Origin: Planctomycetes bacterium UBA1146
GTDB taxonomy: Bacteria; Planctomycetota; UBA8108; UBA1146
Length of the DNA stretch: 38,957 nucleotides
Assembly: GCA_963854815.1 (NCBI GenBank)
Contig: CAWLAN010000003.1
Coordinates: 1-38,957, forward strand
Direction: 5' to 3'
Shown here: piece by piece, positions 1-9,352 of the stretch
Numbering within the stretch: position 1 is the first letter of the stretch
Layout: each line of letters begins with the position of its first letter
The notes under the pieces: generated by a model
Told to the model about the DNA's origin: nothing
Database searches by the model: none
What the model saw: only the letters and a program-made list of their open reading frames with translations
Position numbers and translations under genes: made by a program

Positions 1-135
1 CTGCGGCCCAGAGGCTACCGACATTCGACCCGCAGAGCGAGGTCCGACAGCAGTGGACACCCGCATCGGGTCGTGCCATCTTCTGGTGCGGCGGAGAAAT
101 GAATGCCGGGGCCACGTTCCGGGGGGGAATGACGG

Positions 136-642
136 TTGCGCTCGATCTTGCTGTTCCTGACGTTGCTCAGCTTCTGGCTGCTCCTTTCGGGGCAGTTCCA
201 TTCACCCTTCCTGATCACTACAGGGGTGCTCGTCAGCATCTTGACGGTCTTCATCTGCAGGCGACTCGATTTGATCGGCAGCCAGTACCAACCGATCGAA
301 TCGCTGCTGGGATTCCTGCTGTACCTGCCGTGGCTACTGGTCCAGATCGTCAAGGCAAGTCTCGATGTCGCCTGGAAGTCCTGGTCTCCGCGACCAGCGA
401 TCGCTCCCCGACTGGTCGAAGTACCGTCGCAACTCAAACACCCGCTGGCGAAAACCTTGCTGGCGAACTCCATCACACTGACTCCCGGTACGGTGACCAT
501 CGACGTCAGAGAAGACACGTTGCTGGTCCACGCCCTCAGTGAACGCGCACAAAGAGGAGTCCTCGATGGAACGATGGAGCAGCGCATTGCGAAGATGGTG
601 CCGGAGGATCCTCGAGCAGTGAGTCAGGAGGACACTCGTTGA
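136..642 (+). CDS. mnhE: Mrp/Mnh Na+/H+ antiporter subunit E
   Basis: Hydrophobic N-terminus (FWLLLSG) and the MnhE signature LANSITLTPGTVT; first gene of an overlapping operon; TTG start. Confidence 0.93.
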   Translation: MRSILLFLTLLSFWLLLSGQFHSPFLITTGVLVSILTVFICRRLDLIGSQYQPIESLLGFLLYLPWLLVQIVKASLDVAWKSWSPRPAIAPRLVEVPSQLKHPLAKTLLANSITLTPGTVTIDVREDTLLVHALSERAQRGVLDGTMEQRIAKMVPEDPRAVSQEDTR

Positions 643-905
643 ATATCGATGGCCATCTGATCGCAGCACTGCTGGTCCTGACCGGTGCCATCCTTTCGAT
701 GATTCGCGCCGCCAGCGGACCGACCAGTTACGACCGGGTACTGGCGGTCAACGTCTTCGGCACCAAGGCGGTGATGCTACTGGCCATCATCGGCTTCATC
801 GGGGATCGCAGCGGATTTCTCGATATCGCCATCCTCTACGGGCTGGTCAATTTCATCGCCACCGTCGCACTGCTTCGCTTCGTCGAGACCAAGAGGCTCA
901 CCTGA
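639..905 (+). CDS. mnhF: Mrp/Mnh antiporter subunit F
   Basis: 88 aa with 3 TM segments; GPTSYDRVLAVN and DIAILYGLVNFIAT motifs; 4-nt overlap with mnhE. Confidence 0.93.
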   Translation: MNIDGHLIAALLVLTGAILSMIRAASGPTSYDRVLAVNVFGTKAVMLLAIIGFIGDRSGFLDIAILYGLVNFIATVALLRFVETKRLT

Positions 906-1282
906 TGGGGGAAACGATCGCTGATATCCTGCTGATCCTGGGCGGTTTCATGGCACTGAGCGGCGCGCTCGGAGTGCTCCGTCTTCCCGACTTCTACTCG
1001 CGACTGCATCCGGCCGGAACCGCGGACACGCTGGCGCAGTTGCTGGTCATCTCAGGTCTCGTGCTGCATCTGTGGATCGACCCGAACGGCTCCTACCTGG
1101 CGATGGGAAAACTGCTCGCCATCTCGATGCTGCTGTTTGTGACCACTCCCGCAGCAACTCACGCCATCTCACGAGCTGCTTATATCAGTGGACTGAGACC
1201 ATGGACCGGAGACTCCGCCACTGACGATGACAACCAACTGGCGGATTCTGAATCTCCACTTCCCGACGAGGGAGGTGGTTGA
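905..1282 (+). CDS. mnhG: Mrp/Mnh antiporter subunit G
   Basis: GVLRLPDFYSRLH and TPAATHAISRAA motifs. Confidence 0.93.
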   Translation: MGETIADILLILGGFMALSGALGVLRLPDFYSRLHPAGTADTLAQLLVISGLVLHLWIDPNGSYLAMGKLLAISMLLFVTTPAATHAISRAAYISGLRPWTGDSATDDDNQLADSESPLPDEGGG

Positions 1283-1881
1283 TGGACCCGGTACTGCTTC
1301 TCGATGTGATCCTGCTGCTGCTGGCGGTCACGACAGCGATCGCCGCCATGGCCATCCGGGATCTGCTCGGCTCGGTGATGCTGATGGGGATCTATGGCCT
1401 CTTGATGGCAGTGATCTGGGCCGATCTATTCGCCATGGATGTCTCCTTCACCGAGGCCAGTGTCGGCGCCGGGGCAGCCACCATCTTGCTGCTGAGCGCA
1501 CTGACCAGAACCGGAACCCGCGAACGTACCGGCGGCGACCATCACCTGCCGGCTCTGGTGGTGGTCCTCATCACTGGCTCGGTGTTGATCCACGGCACCT
1601 CCCAGATGCCCGCCTTCGGCGATCCGCAAGCCCCCGCCCACATCCATGTGGCTCCACATTACCTCAGCCAGGACATCGGTAAGGTGTCCCAGAAATCGCC
1701 CGACGGTGCCACACGGCGAGACTTTGGCGACCACGTTCCCAACACGGTGACCGCCGTGCTCACCGCCTACCGCGGCTACGACACGATGTTCGAGACGGTC
1801 GTCATCTTCAGCGCCGGCGTTTGCGTGGTTCTGCTCTTGCGACCACGATCCCCGCTTCGACGGGAGCAAGCCGATGAGTGA
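1279..1881 (+). CDS. Mrp antiporter subunit B-like (DUF4040 + MnhB N-terminal part; corresponds to the C-terminal region of MrpA)
   Basis: AMDVSFTEASVGAG (DUF4040-type) and PNTVTAVLTAYRGYDTMFET (MnhB/MrpA C-terminal motif). Confidence 0.88.
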   Translation: MMDPVLLLDVILLLLAVTTAIAAMAIRDLLGSVMLMGIYGLLMAVIWADLFAMDVSFTEASVGAGAATILLLSALTRTGTRERTGGDHHLPALVVVLITGSVLIHGTSQMPAFGDPQAPAHIHVAPHYLSQDIGKVSQKSPDGATRRDFGDHVPNTVTAVLTAYRGYDTMFETVVIFSAGVCVVLLLRPRSPLRREQADE

Positions 1882-2293
1882 GAGCATCGTCTTGCGCACC
1901 GTCGGCGGCATGCTGTTTCCGTACATTCTCGTCTACGGACTCTACGTGCAGATGCATGGCGAGATCGGACCCGGCGGTGGCTTCCAGGCCGGAATCCTGA
2001 TCGCGGCCGCTTTCATCCTCCACTCGCTGCTCTTCTCTCCACAAGGCACCGATCGCCTGCTGCCCAGGAGACTGGTCGATATTGCCATGTGTAGTGGAGT
2101 GCTGCTCTACATCGGCACCGGAGTGCTGTGTATGCTGATGGGAGGCTATTTCCTCGACTATTCGGTACTGATCCCGTCCGATCCGGCCTATGCGGAAGCG
2201 CTCGGCATGACCCTGGTCGAGATCGGAGTCGGACTCACCGTGGCCTCGGTGATCCTGACCATGGTCCGCAAGATCCGCGGGGAGGCCACTTGA
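1874..2293 (+). CDS. mnhB: Mrp/Mnh antiporter subunit B
   Basis: HGEIGPGGGFQAG signature and EIGVGLTV. Confidence 0.92.
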   Translation: MSESIVLRTVGGMLFPYILVYGLYVQMHGEIGPGGGFQAGILIAAAFILHSLLFSPQGTDRLLPRRLVDIAMCSGVLLYIGTGVLCMLMGGYFLDYSVLIPSDPAYAEALGMTLVEIGVGLTVASVILTMVRKIRGEAT

Positions 2294-2661
2294 ACCCGCT
2301 CGATCTCTTCAACCACTGGGCCTTCGTGATCATCATGATGGTCGGACTGTACGCGATCATCAGCCGCAACAACCTGGTCAAGAAGGTGCTCGGACTGGGA
2401 TTGTTCCAGACCGGCATCTTCTTGATGTACATCACACTCGGCTTCAAGCACGGCGCCGGCGCACCGATCCTCCAGCAAGGAGTCGAGGCAACCTATGCCA
2501 ACCCGCTCCCGCACGTCTTGATCCTCACCGCCATCGTCGTCTCGCTCAGTACCATGGCGGTGGCACTCGCTATCGTCATCGGGATCCGCGAGGAATACGG
2601 CACCGTCGAGGCCGATGAGGTGGCACGCCTCGACAGCGAGGCGCAGGAGGCGGGATCTTGA
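2290..2661 (+). CDS. mnhC: Mrp/Mnh antiporter subunit C
   Basis: NLVKKVLGL and ANPLPHVLILTAIVV motifs. Start reassigned to TTG at 2290, which overlaps the mnhB stop and follows GGAGG; the ORF track start at 2128 is too early. Confidence 0.92.
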   Translation: MNPLDLFNHWAFVIIMMVGLYAIISRNNLVKKVLGLGLFQTGIFLMYITLGFKHGAGAPILQQGVEATYANPLPHVLILTAIVVSLSTMAVALAIVIGIREEYGTVEADEVARLDSEAQEAGS

Positions 2662-4172
2662 ATTTCCTCGGAGCCTGGTCACACCACCTACCCGTGTTGC
2701 TAGTCCTCATTCCGCTGATCGGCGGCGTCCTCTCGCCGATTGTCGCCAGAGGATCTCGGGGATGGGCCTGGGCGTTTTTGACGATGGTCGCGACCGCGAC
2801 GGTAGCGCTCGAATTGTTGCTGCGAATCCGCTCGTCGGGACCGATCTCGTACCCACTGGGAGGCTGGAATCTACCCTTTGGCATCGAACTATACGTCGAT
2901 CTCCTCAGTGCCATCATCGCCCTCGTGGTCGCGGGAGTGGGACTGGTCGTCACCTTCTATGCGCGCACAAGTGTTCGTTTCGAGATCCCCGATGATCGGT
3001 TCGGCTTCTTCTGGTCGCTGTGGCTGCTGGCCATCACTGGACTGATCGGCATCGTGATCACCGGTGATGCTTTCAACCTCTACGTGATGCTAGAAATCTC
3101 GTCGCTGACCATCTACGGATTGATCGCCATGGGTCGTATGCGTGACCGACGAGCCCTCACCGCGGCATTCAATTACCTGATACTTGGATCGATCGGGGCC
3201 GCCTTCATCCTCATCGCGATCGGTCTGCTCTATTCCGAGACCGGCACTCTCAACATGGCAGATCTCCATCGACGTCTCAGTGCCATCGAGGCCAATGCGA
3301 CGATCCGCAGTGCGCGGGCATTCCTGCTGGCGGGACTGGGGCTGAAGATGGCGCTGTTCCCGCTCCACCTGTGGATGCCCGCGGCCTACTCGCGCGCCCC
3401 CTCTGCCGTCGCCGGCCTGCTCGCCGCCACCGCAACCAAGGTCGGGATCTACATGGCGATGCGCTTCTTCTACACCGTCCTGGCCACCGATGAGGGCATC
3501 CTCACGGCGCCTAACGTGCTGATCCTGTCGGGCTGTGCCGGCGCAGCGATCGTGTTCGGATCGGCGACTGCTGCCCGCCAGCGCAGCCTGTCGCTGCTGC
3601 TGGCCTTCTCCAGTGTCGCCCAGATCGGCTACATCGTGCTCGGTATGGCGATCGGGCACAGCGACCCAACCGGCTACGCGATGACCGGCTCCATCTTGCA
3701 CATCATCAGCCACGCCCTGATGAAAGGTGGGCTGTTCCTGTGCGCAGGGATCTTCATCTGGCGACTGGGAACCAACGACTTCGACCAGCTCGCCGGCATC
3801 GGCCGACGGATGCCCTGGACCAGCGCCGCGGTGGTCGCCGGAGGACTGGGCTTGATCGGTGTGCCCGGCACCGCTGGATTCATCAGCAAACTATATCTTC
3901 TGCGCGGCTTGTTCGAGTCGGGGCACCCGCTACTGGCGGTACTGGTACTCACCGGTTCGGTACTGGCAGCGATCTACACCTGGAGATTCGTCGAGATCGC
4001 TTACCTGAAACCGCCGGTCGAGAACGGGCTGGACCACTCCGAGGCTCCGCTGGGAATGCTGATCCCGACCTGGATCCTCATCGGTGCCAGCCTTGTCATC
4101 GGTTTCTACCCGGGACCGATCATCGAGATCGCCAGCGAGGCTGCCAGTACTCTGCTGGGAGGATCCGGATGA
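2658..4172 (+). CDS. mnhD: Mrp/Mnh antiporter subunit D (NuoM/N-like), copy 1
   Basis: GDAFNLYVMLEI, KMALFPLHLWMPAAY, LAFSSVAQIGY, HALMKGGLF and PGTAGFISK motifs. Confidence 0.92.
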   Translation: MNFLGAWSHHLPVLLVLIPLIGGVLSPIVARGSRGWAWAFLTMVATATVALELLLRIRSSGPISYPLGGWNLPFGIELYVDLLSAIIALVVAGVGLVVTFYARTSVRFEIPDDRFGFFWSLWLLAITGLIGIVITGDAFNLYVMLEISSLTIYGLIAMGRMRDRRALTAAFNYLILGSIGAAFILIAIGLLYSETGTLNMADLHRRLSAIEANATIRSARAFLLAGLGLKMALFPLHLWMPAAYSRAPSAVAGLLAATATKVGIYMAMRFFYTVLATDEGILTAPNVLILSGCAGAAIVFGSATAARQRSLSLLLAFSSVAQIGYIVLGMAIGHSDPTGYAMTGSILHIISHALMKGGLFLCAGIFIWRLGTNDFDQLAGIGRRMPWTSAAVVAGGLGLIGVPGTAGFISKLYLLRGLFESGHPLLAVLVLTGSVLAAIYTWRFVEIAYLKPPVENGLDHSEAPLGMLIPTWILIGASLVIGFYPGPIIEIASEAASTLLGGSG

Positions 4173-5626
4173 TGCCCCAGCCGCTGTTGGCGCTGTTGAT
4201 TCCACTGGTGGGCGCCTTGCTACCATGGCTGCTTCACAGGTCGCCGACCGTGAGAAACGCCGTCACGTTGCTGATTCCGGTGTTGCTGCTGGTGACGGTG
4301 GTAAAGATGGTGCCGGCGGTACTGGCCGGGGAAACGGTGGCAGCGACTCTGGTCTCGATCGGGCCGGGGCTCTCCTTCGCGCTCGAGGTGGACGCGCTCG
4401 GCATGCTCTTTGCCCTGGTGACATCGAGCCTGTGGATCCTCAACAGCATCTATTCGTTCGGATACATGTACCCGCTCCACGGCAGCACTTTCGAGGGACA
4501 GGAACGCTTCTGGAGCTGCTTCTCAGTGGCGATCCTGGCCGCCATCGGCATAGCCTTCAGCGCCAACCTGTTGACCCTGTTCTTCTTCTACGAGCTGATG
4601 ACCTTCAGTACCTGGCCACTGGTCAGCCATTACAGAACTGCCGAGGCGAGACGCTCGGGGCGCATCTACCTGGGGATCCTGGTCGGATCCTCCACCCTTT
4701 TCCTGCTGACGGCCATCATCTGGACCTGGATCATCACCGGGACACTCGATTTCACCCCCGGCGGGATTCTCGCCAGTTCCGATGCGACCCCGGGTCAGAT
4801 CTCGATGCTGATCATGCTGTTCTTCTTCGGTGCCGGTAAGAGTGCCATCTTCCCGCTGCACCAGTGGCTGCCCAATGCGATGGTGGCGCCGATCCCGGTC
4901 AGCGCATTGCTACACGCCGTCGCCGTGGTGAAGGCGGGAGTCTTCACGGTGCTGAAGATCGCCACAAGCGTGATCGGTACCGGACTGCTCGCCGGCAGTT
5001 GGGGAGCAGAGGTGGTCGCCTGGACCGCTGTTTTTACCATCCTGCTGGCATCGTTGATTGCACTGACCCGACAACAACTGAAGGCACGTCTGGCCTACTC
5101 CACCATCAGCCAACTCAACTACATCGTACTGGGCGCGGTGGTCGCCTTTCCCGCCGCCATCGAAGGGGCTTCGCTGCACATCGCCATGCACGCCTTCGGC
5201 AAGATCACCCTGTTCTTCGCCGCTGGCGCCATTTTCGTGGCCAGCCACAAGACCAGAGTCGACCAGTTGTCGGGGATCGGTCGCCGGATGCCATGGACGA
5301 TGACCGCCTTCCTGATCGGTACGCTGAGCACGATAGGATTGCCACCTCTGTGTGGCATGTGGAGCAAGTGGCTGCTGGCCGAGGGGCTGGTAGCCGCACA
5401 CCAGTGGGCGTTCCTGGGTGCCTTGCTGCTGTCGAGCCTGCTCTCCATCGCCTACCTGATGCCGATCTGTGTACGCGCCTTCTTTTGCGATGAACAAAGC
5501 GATACCACCGAGCATGGTGAGGCACCCTGGAGTTGTCGAATACCGTTGCTGCTGAGTGCTGCAGCTTGCCTGGTTCTGTTCATTTGGCCGGGAATCTTCG
5601 CCCAGCTGGCGAGGATGGTCCGATGA
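4169..5626 (+). CDS. mnhD: Mrp/Mnh antiporter subunit D/A-like, copy 2
   Basis: FYELMTF, KSAIFPLHQWLPNAMVAPIPVSALLHAVAVVKAG and LAYSTISQL motifs. Start set at ATG 4169 (ATGA overlap with the previous gene). Confidence 0.9.
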   Translation: MMPQPLLALLIPLVGALLPWLLHRSPTVRNAVTLLIPVLLLVTVVKMVPAVLAGETVAATLVSIGPGLSFALEVDALGMLFALVTSSLWILNSIYSFGYMYPLHGSTFEGQERFWSCFSVAILAAIGIAFSANLLTLFFFYELMTFSTWPLVSHYRTAEARRSGRIYLGILVGSSTLFLLTAIIWTWIITGTLDFTPGGILASSDATPGQISMLIMLFFFGAGKSAIFPLHQWLPNAMVAPIPVSALLHAVAVVKAGVFTVLKIATSVIGTGLLAGSWGAEVVAWTAVFTILLASLIALTRQQLKARLAYSTISQLNYIVLGAVVAFPAAIEGASLHIAMHAFGKITLFFAAGAIFVASHKTRVDQLSGIGRRMPWTMTAFLIGTLSTIGLPPLCGMWSKWLLAEGLVAAHQWAFLGALLLSSLLSIAYLMPICVRAFFCDEQSDTTEHGEAPWSCRIPLLLSAAACLVLFIWPGIFAQLARMVR

Positions 5627-5853
5627 ACGATTTCAAGCTCAGGCGCCTCAAAACGGGCACCCTGCTGTTCGCCATCGGATGTGTCGTGGCTTTGCTGCTC
5701 GATGCAGCGATCGATCGCCATCTCGATACAGAGATGGAAGGGATCTTCGGTTTCTACTGCCTCTTTGGTTTCTTCGCCATCGTGGTGCTGGTGATCCTCT
5801 CCAGGGTCCTTCGCAGGATCGTTGCCCGAGAGGAACACTTCTATGGCGATTGA
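5623..5853 (+). CDS. Small two-TM membrane protein of the Mrp operon
   Basis: 76 aa from ATG 5623 (ATGA overlap); two hydrophobic segments (GFYCLFGF) and a C-terminal REEHFY; overlaps both neighbours. Confidence 0.75.
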   Translation: MNDFKLRRLKTGTLLFAIGCVVALLLDAAIDRHLDTEMEGIFGFYCLFGFFAIVVLVILSRVLRRIVAREEHFYGD

Positions 5854-7534
5854 AGGGTTCCATCCGTCATTCGTGTTCCTGATCGGTGCCGTTGTCGCCA
5901 CGTTCACCCGGGGCACACTGAGGTCAGTGGTGATGGTGGCGACACCGATCATCTCCTTTGCCTGCCTGCGCGGTCTACCGCTCGGTGACAGTTTCGTCGT
6001 CGAGATCGCACAGTGGACCCTCACCTTCAGTCATCGAGACGAACTCTCGTGGATCTTTGGTCTGCTGTTCCATCTGGCGGCATTGCTGGCGGTGATCTAC
6101 TCGCTGCACACCCGCAATCGGATGGAGCAAGTGTCTGCTCTGGTCTACGCGGCGAGCGCCATCGGTGCAGTGCTCGCCGGCGATTTTCTGACCCTCTTCA
6201 TCTGGTGGGAGATGCTGGCACTTTCCTCGACCTTTGTCGTCTTCGCGGGTCACCAGCGCCGTTCGATGGCGACCGGATTGCGTTACTTCGCCTTCCAGAT
6301 CGTCTCCGGTCTGTGCCTGTTGACCGGGATCTTGCTCTATTCCAACTCGGGCATGAGTCTGGAACTGGGGCGGCTCGATCTTGCGACACCGGGAACGATG
6401 TGGATCCTGCTCGCCTTCGGAATCAAGGCGGGATTCCCGCTCGTTCACAGCTGGATCGTCGACACCTATCCGGCAGCCAGTGCGACAGGGACCGTGTTCC
6501 TGTGTGCTTTCACGACCAAGACCGCGGTCTATGCGCTGGCTCGTTGCTTCCCGGGCACCGAGGAACTGATCACCATCGGGGTCGTCATGACCTGCTTCCC
6601 CATCTTCTACGCCATCATCGAGAACGATCTGCGCAAGGTCCTGTCCTACAGCATGATCAACCAGATCGGCTTCATGGTGGTCGGGATCGGAATCGGGACC
6701 GAACTGGCCATCAATGGAGCGGTCGCACACGCCTTCAACGAAGTGCTGTTCAAGGGACTGCTGTTCATGTCGATGGGGGCCGTTCTCCATGTCACCGGCA
6801 AGAGCCGCGGAACCGACCTCGGAGGCCTGTGGAAAAAGATGCCGTGGACGACGGGACTGTGCATCGTCGGAGCCGCCTCCATCTCCGCGGTACCGCTGTT
6901 CAGTAGTTTCGTCAGCAAGTCGATGGTGATGGCCGCAGCGATGGAGCAAGGGCACACCTGGCTGTGGCTGCTCCTGTTGTTTGCCTCGGCTGGTGTCCTG
7001 GAACACGCAGGAATCAAGATCCCCTACTTCGCCTTCTTCGCCCGTGATCGTGGTCTCGAGGCTAGCGAACCGCCTCGCAACATGTTGCTGGCGATGTCGC
7101 TGGCAGCACTGCTGTGTATCCTCATCGGATGTCGCCCCGATCTGCTCTACTCGATGCTGCCCTACGAAGTTTCCTTCGAACCGTTCACCACCACGCACGT
7201 CTTGACACAGATCCAGTTGTTACTGTTCGCATCGATGGCGGTGGTCGTACTGATGAAAACAGGGATTTATCCACCAGAGTTGGTGAAGGAAAACCTGGAC
7301 GTCGACGTGATCCCACGTCTCGGTGGCAGGGCACTGCTGAGGTGGCTGCGGGGAACTTTTGCACGAGTGACGACCCGACTGTCGGTCATGGTGCTCGACC
7401 GCATCCCGGCTGCCATCGCAGGTCCGAGAGGACCCGGACAGTTGCAGATGTCACTGCAGTGGCGACTGGTGCTGCCCGGATTGTTGCTGGTGGTGGCGCT
7501 GCTGGCGTTCTTGATCGCGAATCTGTACGGCTGA
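5843..7534 (+). CDS. mnhD: Mrp/Mnh antiporter subunit D, copy 3
   Basis: LFIWWEMLA, KAGFPLVHSWIVDTYP, LSYSMINQIGFM and FKGLLFM motifs; ATG 5843 follows GAGGA. Confidence 0.9.
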   Translation: MAIEGFHPSFVFLIGAVVATFTRGTLRSVVMVATPIISFACLRGLPLGDSFVVEIAQWTLTFSHRDELSWIFGLLFHLAALLAVIYSLHTRNRMEQVSALVYAASAIGAVLAGDFLTLFIWWEMLALSSTFVVFAGHQRRSMATGLRYFAFQIVSGLCLLTGILLYSNSGMSLELGRLDLATPGTMWILLAFGIKAGFPLVHSWIVDTYPAASATGTVFLCAFTTKTAVYALARCFPGTEELITIGVVMTCFPIFYAIIENDLRKVLSYSMINQIGFMVVGIGIGTELAINGAVAHAFNEVLFKGLLFMSMGAVLHVTGKSRGTDLGGLWKKMPWTTGLCIVGAASISAVPLFSSFVSKSMVMAAAMEQGHTWLWLLLLFASAGVLEHAGIKIPYFAFFARDRGLEASEPPRNMLLAMSLAALLCILIGCRPDLLYSMLPYEVSFEPFTTTHVLTQIQLLLFASMAVVVLMKTGIYPPELVKENLDVDVIPRLGGRALLRWLRGTFARVTTRLSVMVLDRIPAAIAGPRGPGQLQMSLQWRLVLPGLLLVVALLAFLIANLYG

Positions 7535-7582
7535 GTCGAAAACTCACCGCAGATCGCTGTGCTGGCGATCGATCAGCAACAT

Positions 7583-8626
7583 TCAGGTCGCATCGACTTG
7601 AGACGGGAGGGCATCGGATGCCATCTCCACCAGTGCTCTCGCCCAGGCCGGCTCGGCATTGAGGCAGGGCACCGTCTCGAACTGCTCACCACCGGCCTCG
7701 AGGAATGTATTTCTGGCACGACCGTCGATCTCCTCGATGGTCTCGAGACAATCAGCGACGAAGGCGGGGCAGATCACCTTCAATCTGCGCACCCCTTGCT
7801 GCGCCAATCTCACCACCGTTGCTTCGGTGGAGGGTTGCAGCCAGGGGTCATTGCCAAGACGCGACTGGTAGGCCACCGACCAGCGATGCTCGGGAATCGA
7901 CAGATCATCGGCGAGGAACCGTGCTGAACGTCGCACCTGAGCGCGGTAGCACGTCGAGATGGACGGGTGATCGTCAAAACAGCAGTCATCGCAACTCATG
8001 CAGTGGTCTCCAGCCGGATCGCTGCTGGTGATGTGGCGCAGGGGCACCCCGTGGAAGGAGAAGAGCAGGTGGTCCCATTCCCCTTCCAGATGCGGACGGG
8101 TGTTCTCGGCCAGCACCCTGCGATATGCCTTGTGATCGTAGAATGGCGCCAGAAAGTGCAATCGTGGTGCCCCCTTCGACCGTGCAGCAACCGCGCGCGC
8201 TTTCTCCACCGCCGTCTCGTAGGAACTCATCGCGTAATGGGGATAGAGCGGGACGACGATCACACTCTCGACTCCCTGTTGCTGCAGTTGTTCGAGTCCT
8301 ACGGCGATCGACGGATTGCCGTAGCGCATCCCCAGTGCCACCGGAGCGTTCCACAGCTTTGCAACCTGCTGCTCCAACCGACGGGAATTGACGATCAGGG
8401 GCGACCCCTCGGCGGTCCAGATTTTTCGGTACGCCTCGGCGGATTGGCGTGGACGCTTTCTCAAGATGAAGCCGCGGACCAGCAGCAGTCTCAGCAGATA
8501 GGGAGAATCGATGACTCTCCCATCCATCAGGAATTCATCGAGATATCGGCGAACGTCAGGAACCGAGGGAGAATCGGGGGATCCCAGGTTGACCAGCAAG
8601 AGACCCGGGTTCTGCTCTGTGGCCAT
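7583..8626 (-). CDS. hemH: Ferrochelatase
   Basis: LLVNLGSP, GMRYGNPS, PLYPHYAMSS, FSFHGVP, YQSRLG..WLQP and FVADCLETIEEI motifs. Confidence 0.96.
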   Translation of the reverse strand: MATEQNPGLLLVNLGSPDSPSVPDVRRYLDEFLMDGRVIDSPYLLRLLLVRGFILRKRPRQSAEAYRKIWTAEGSPLIVNSRRLEQQVAKLWNAPVALGMRYGNPSIAVGLEQLQQQGVESVIVVPLYPHYAMSSYETAVEKARAVAARSKGAPRLHFLAPFYDHKAYRRVLAENTRPHLEGEWDHLLFSFHGVPLRHITSSDPAGDHCMSCDDCCFDDHPSISTCYRAQVRRSARFLADDLSIPEHRWSVAYQSRLGNDPWLQPSTEATVVRLAQQGVRRLKVICPAFVADCLETIEEIDGRARNTFLEAGGEQFETVPCLNAEPAWARALVEMASDALPSQVDAT

Positions 8627-8644
8627 GCACTCCTTTGAACAGGA

Positions 8645-9220
8645 TCAGTAACTGTATCCGAAGCCGACATGCATCGCGTCGGCATAAGTCCCGTACCCCA
8701 GATCCACGATCCAGCCGCCACCGAGTTGCAGTAGAGAACCGAAGGTGGCATGAAATCCCCGGTCCTTGTCTCCCTTGTAGTGGTAGTAGCGTTCCATGTC
8801 GGCATCAAAACGTTCGATCCATTGCGACGAGAATCCGATGCCGATTCCGCCGTAGACCGCCATCTTGTCATTGACTGTCCAGGTCGGCCCGACCGCAATG
8901 ATCGCTCCATTACGCTCACGACCCGTGACCTCATCTCGGCTCCCCTCGTCGGGCAACCCTGGATAGCGAACACCGGTGACGGAACCACTGTAAGAAGTCT
9001 GAAGGTGGATGAACGTGCCCGGTTGTTGATCACGGAACCAGTACCCCGCGAAGCCGACTCCCGTGTCGGAGAGTTTCCCGTTCGGTTCGAAGACCTGGAA
9101 AACCGCGGCCTGGTTGCCAGCGCCGACCGGCATCACGACACAACCGGTCACCACCAGCAGGCATCCGAGCAGTATCCAGATTCCGAAAAATCGAACGGTC
9201 TGTGCAACTCGCAGAGACAT
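8645..9220 (-). CDS. Small outer-membrane beta-barrel protein, possibly lipidated
   Basis: Start at ATG 9220 after GAGGGAG; signal peptide ending VTGC; amphipathic strands (AVYGGIGIGF, WIVDLGY); C-terminal GFGYSY aromatic signature. Confidence 0.65.
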   Translation of the reverse strand: MSLRVAQTVRFFGIWILLGCLLVVTGCVVMPVGAGNQAAVFQVFEPNGKLSDTGVGFAGYWFRDQQPGTFIHLQTSYSGSVTGVRYPGLPDEGSRDEVTGRERNGAIIAVGPTWTVNDKMAVYGGIGIGFSSQWIERFDADMERYYHYKGDKDRGFHATFGSLLQLGGGWIVDLGYGTYADAMHVGFGYSY

Positions 9221-9352
9221 CTGTGCTCCCTCGCGCAAATCCTCCATCGTCGGGACTACGGTCGCAATAGCCCACCCGGACCGGGCCGTTGGCGCTTCGG
9301 CCGCTGCCTCTCGAACATCCCTGCGGTATCCTCCCTGGCGGAAGGAATCCAG

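Noticed and set aside
1-135. Upstream gene end or Na+-sensing leader before mnhE
   Set aside because: Too little context; no recognisable coding motif or RNA structure.
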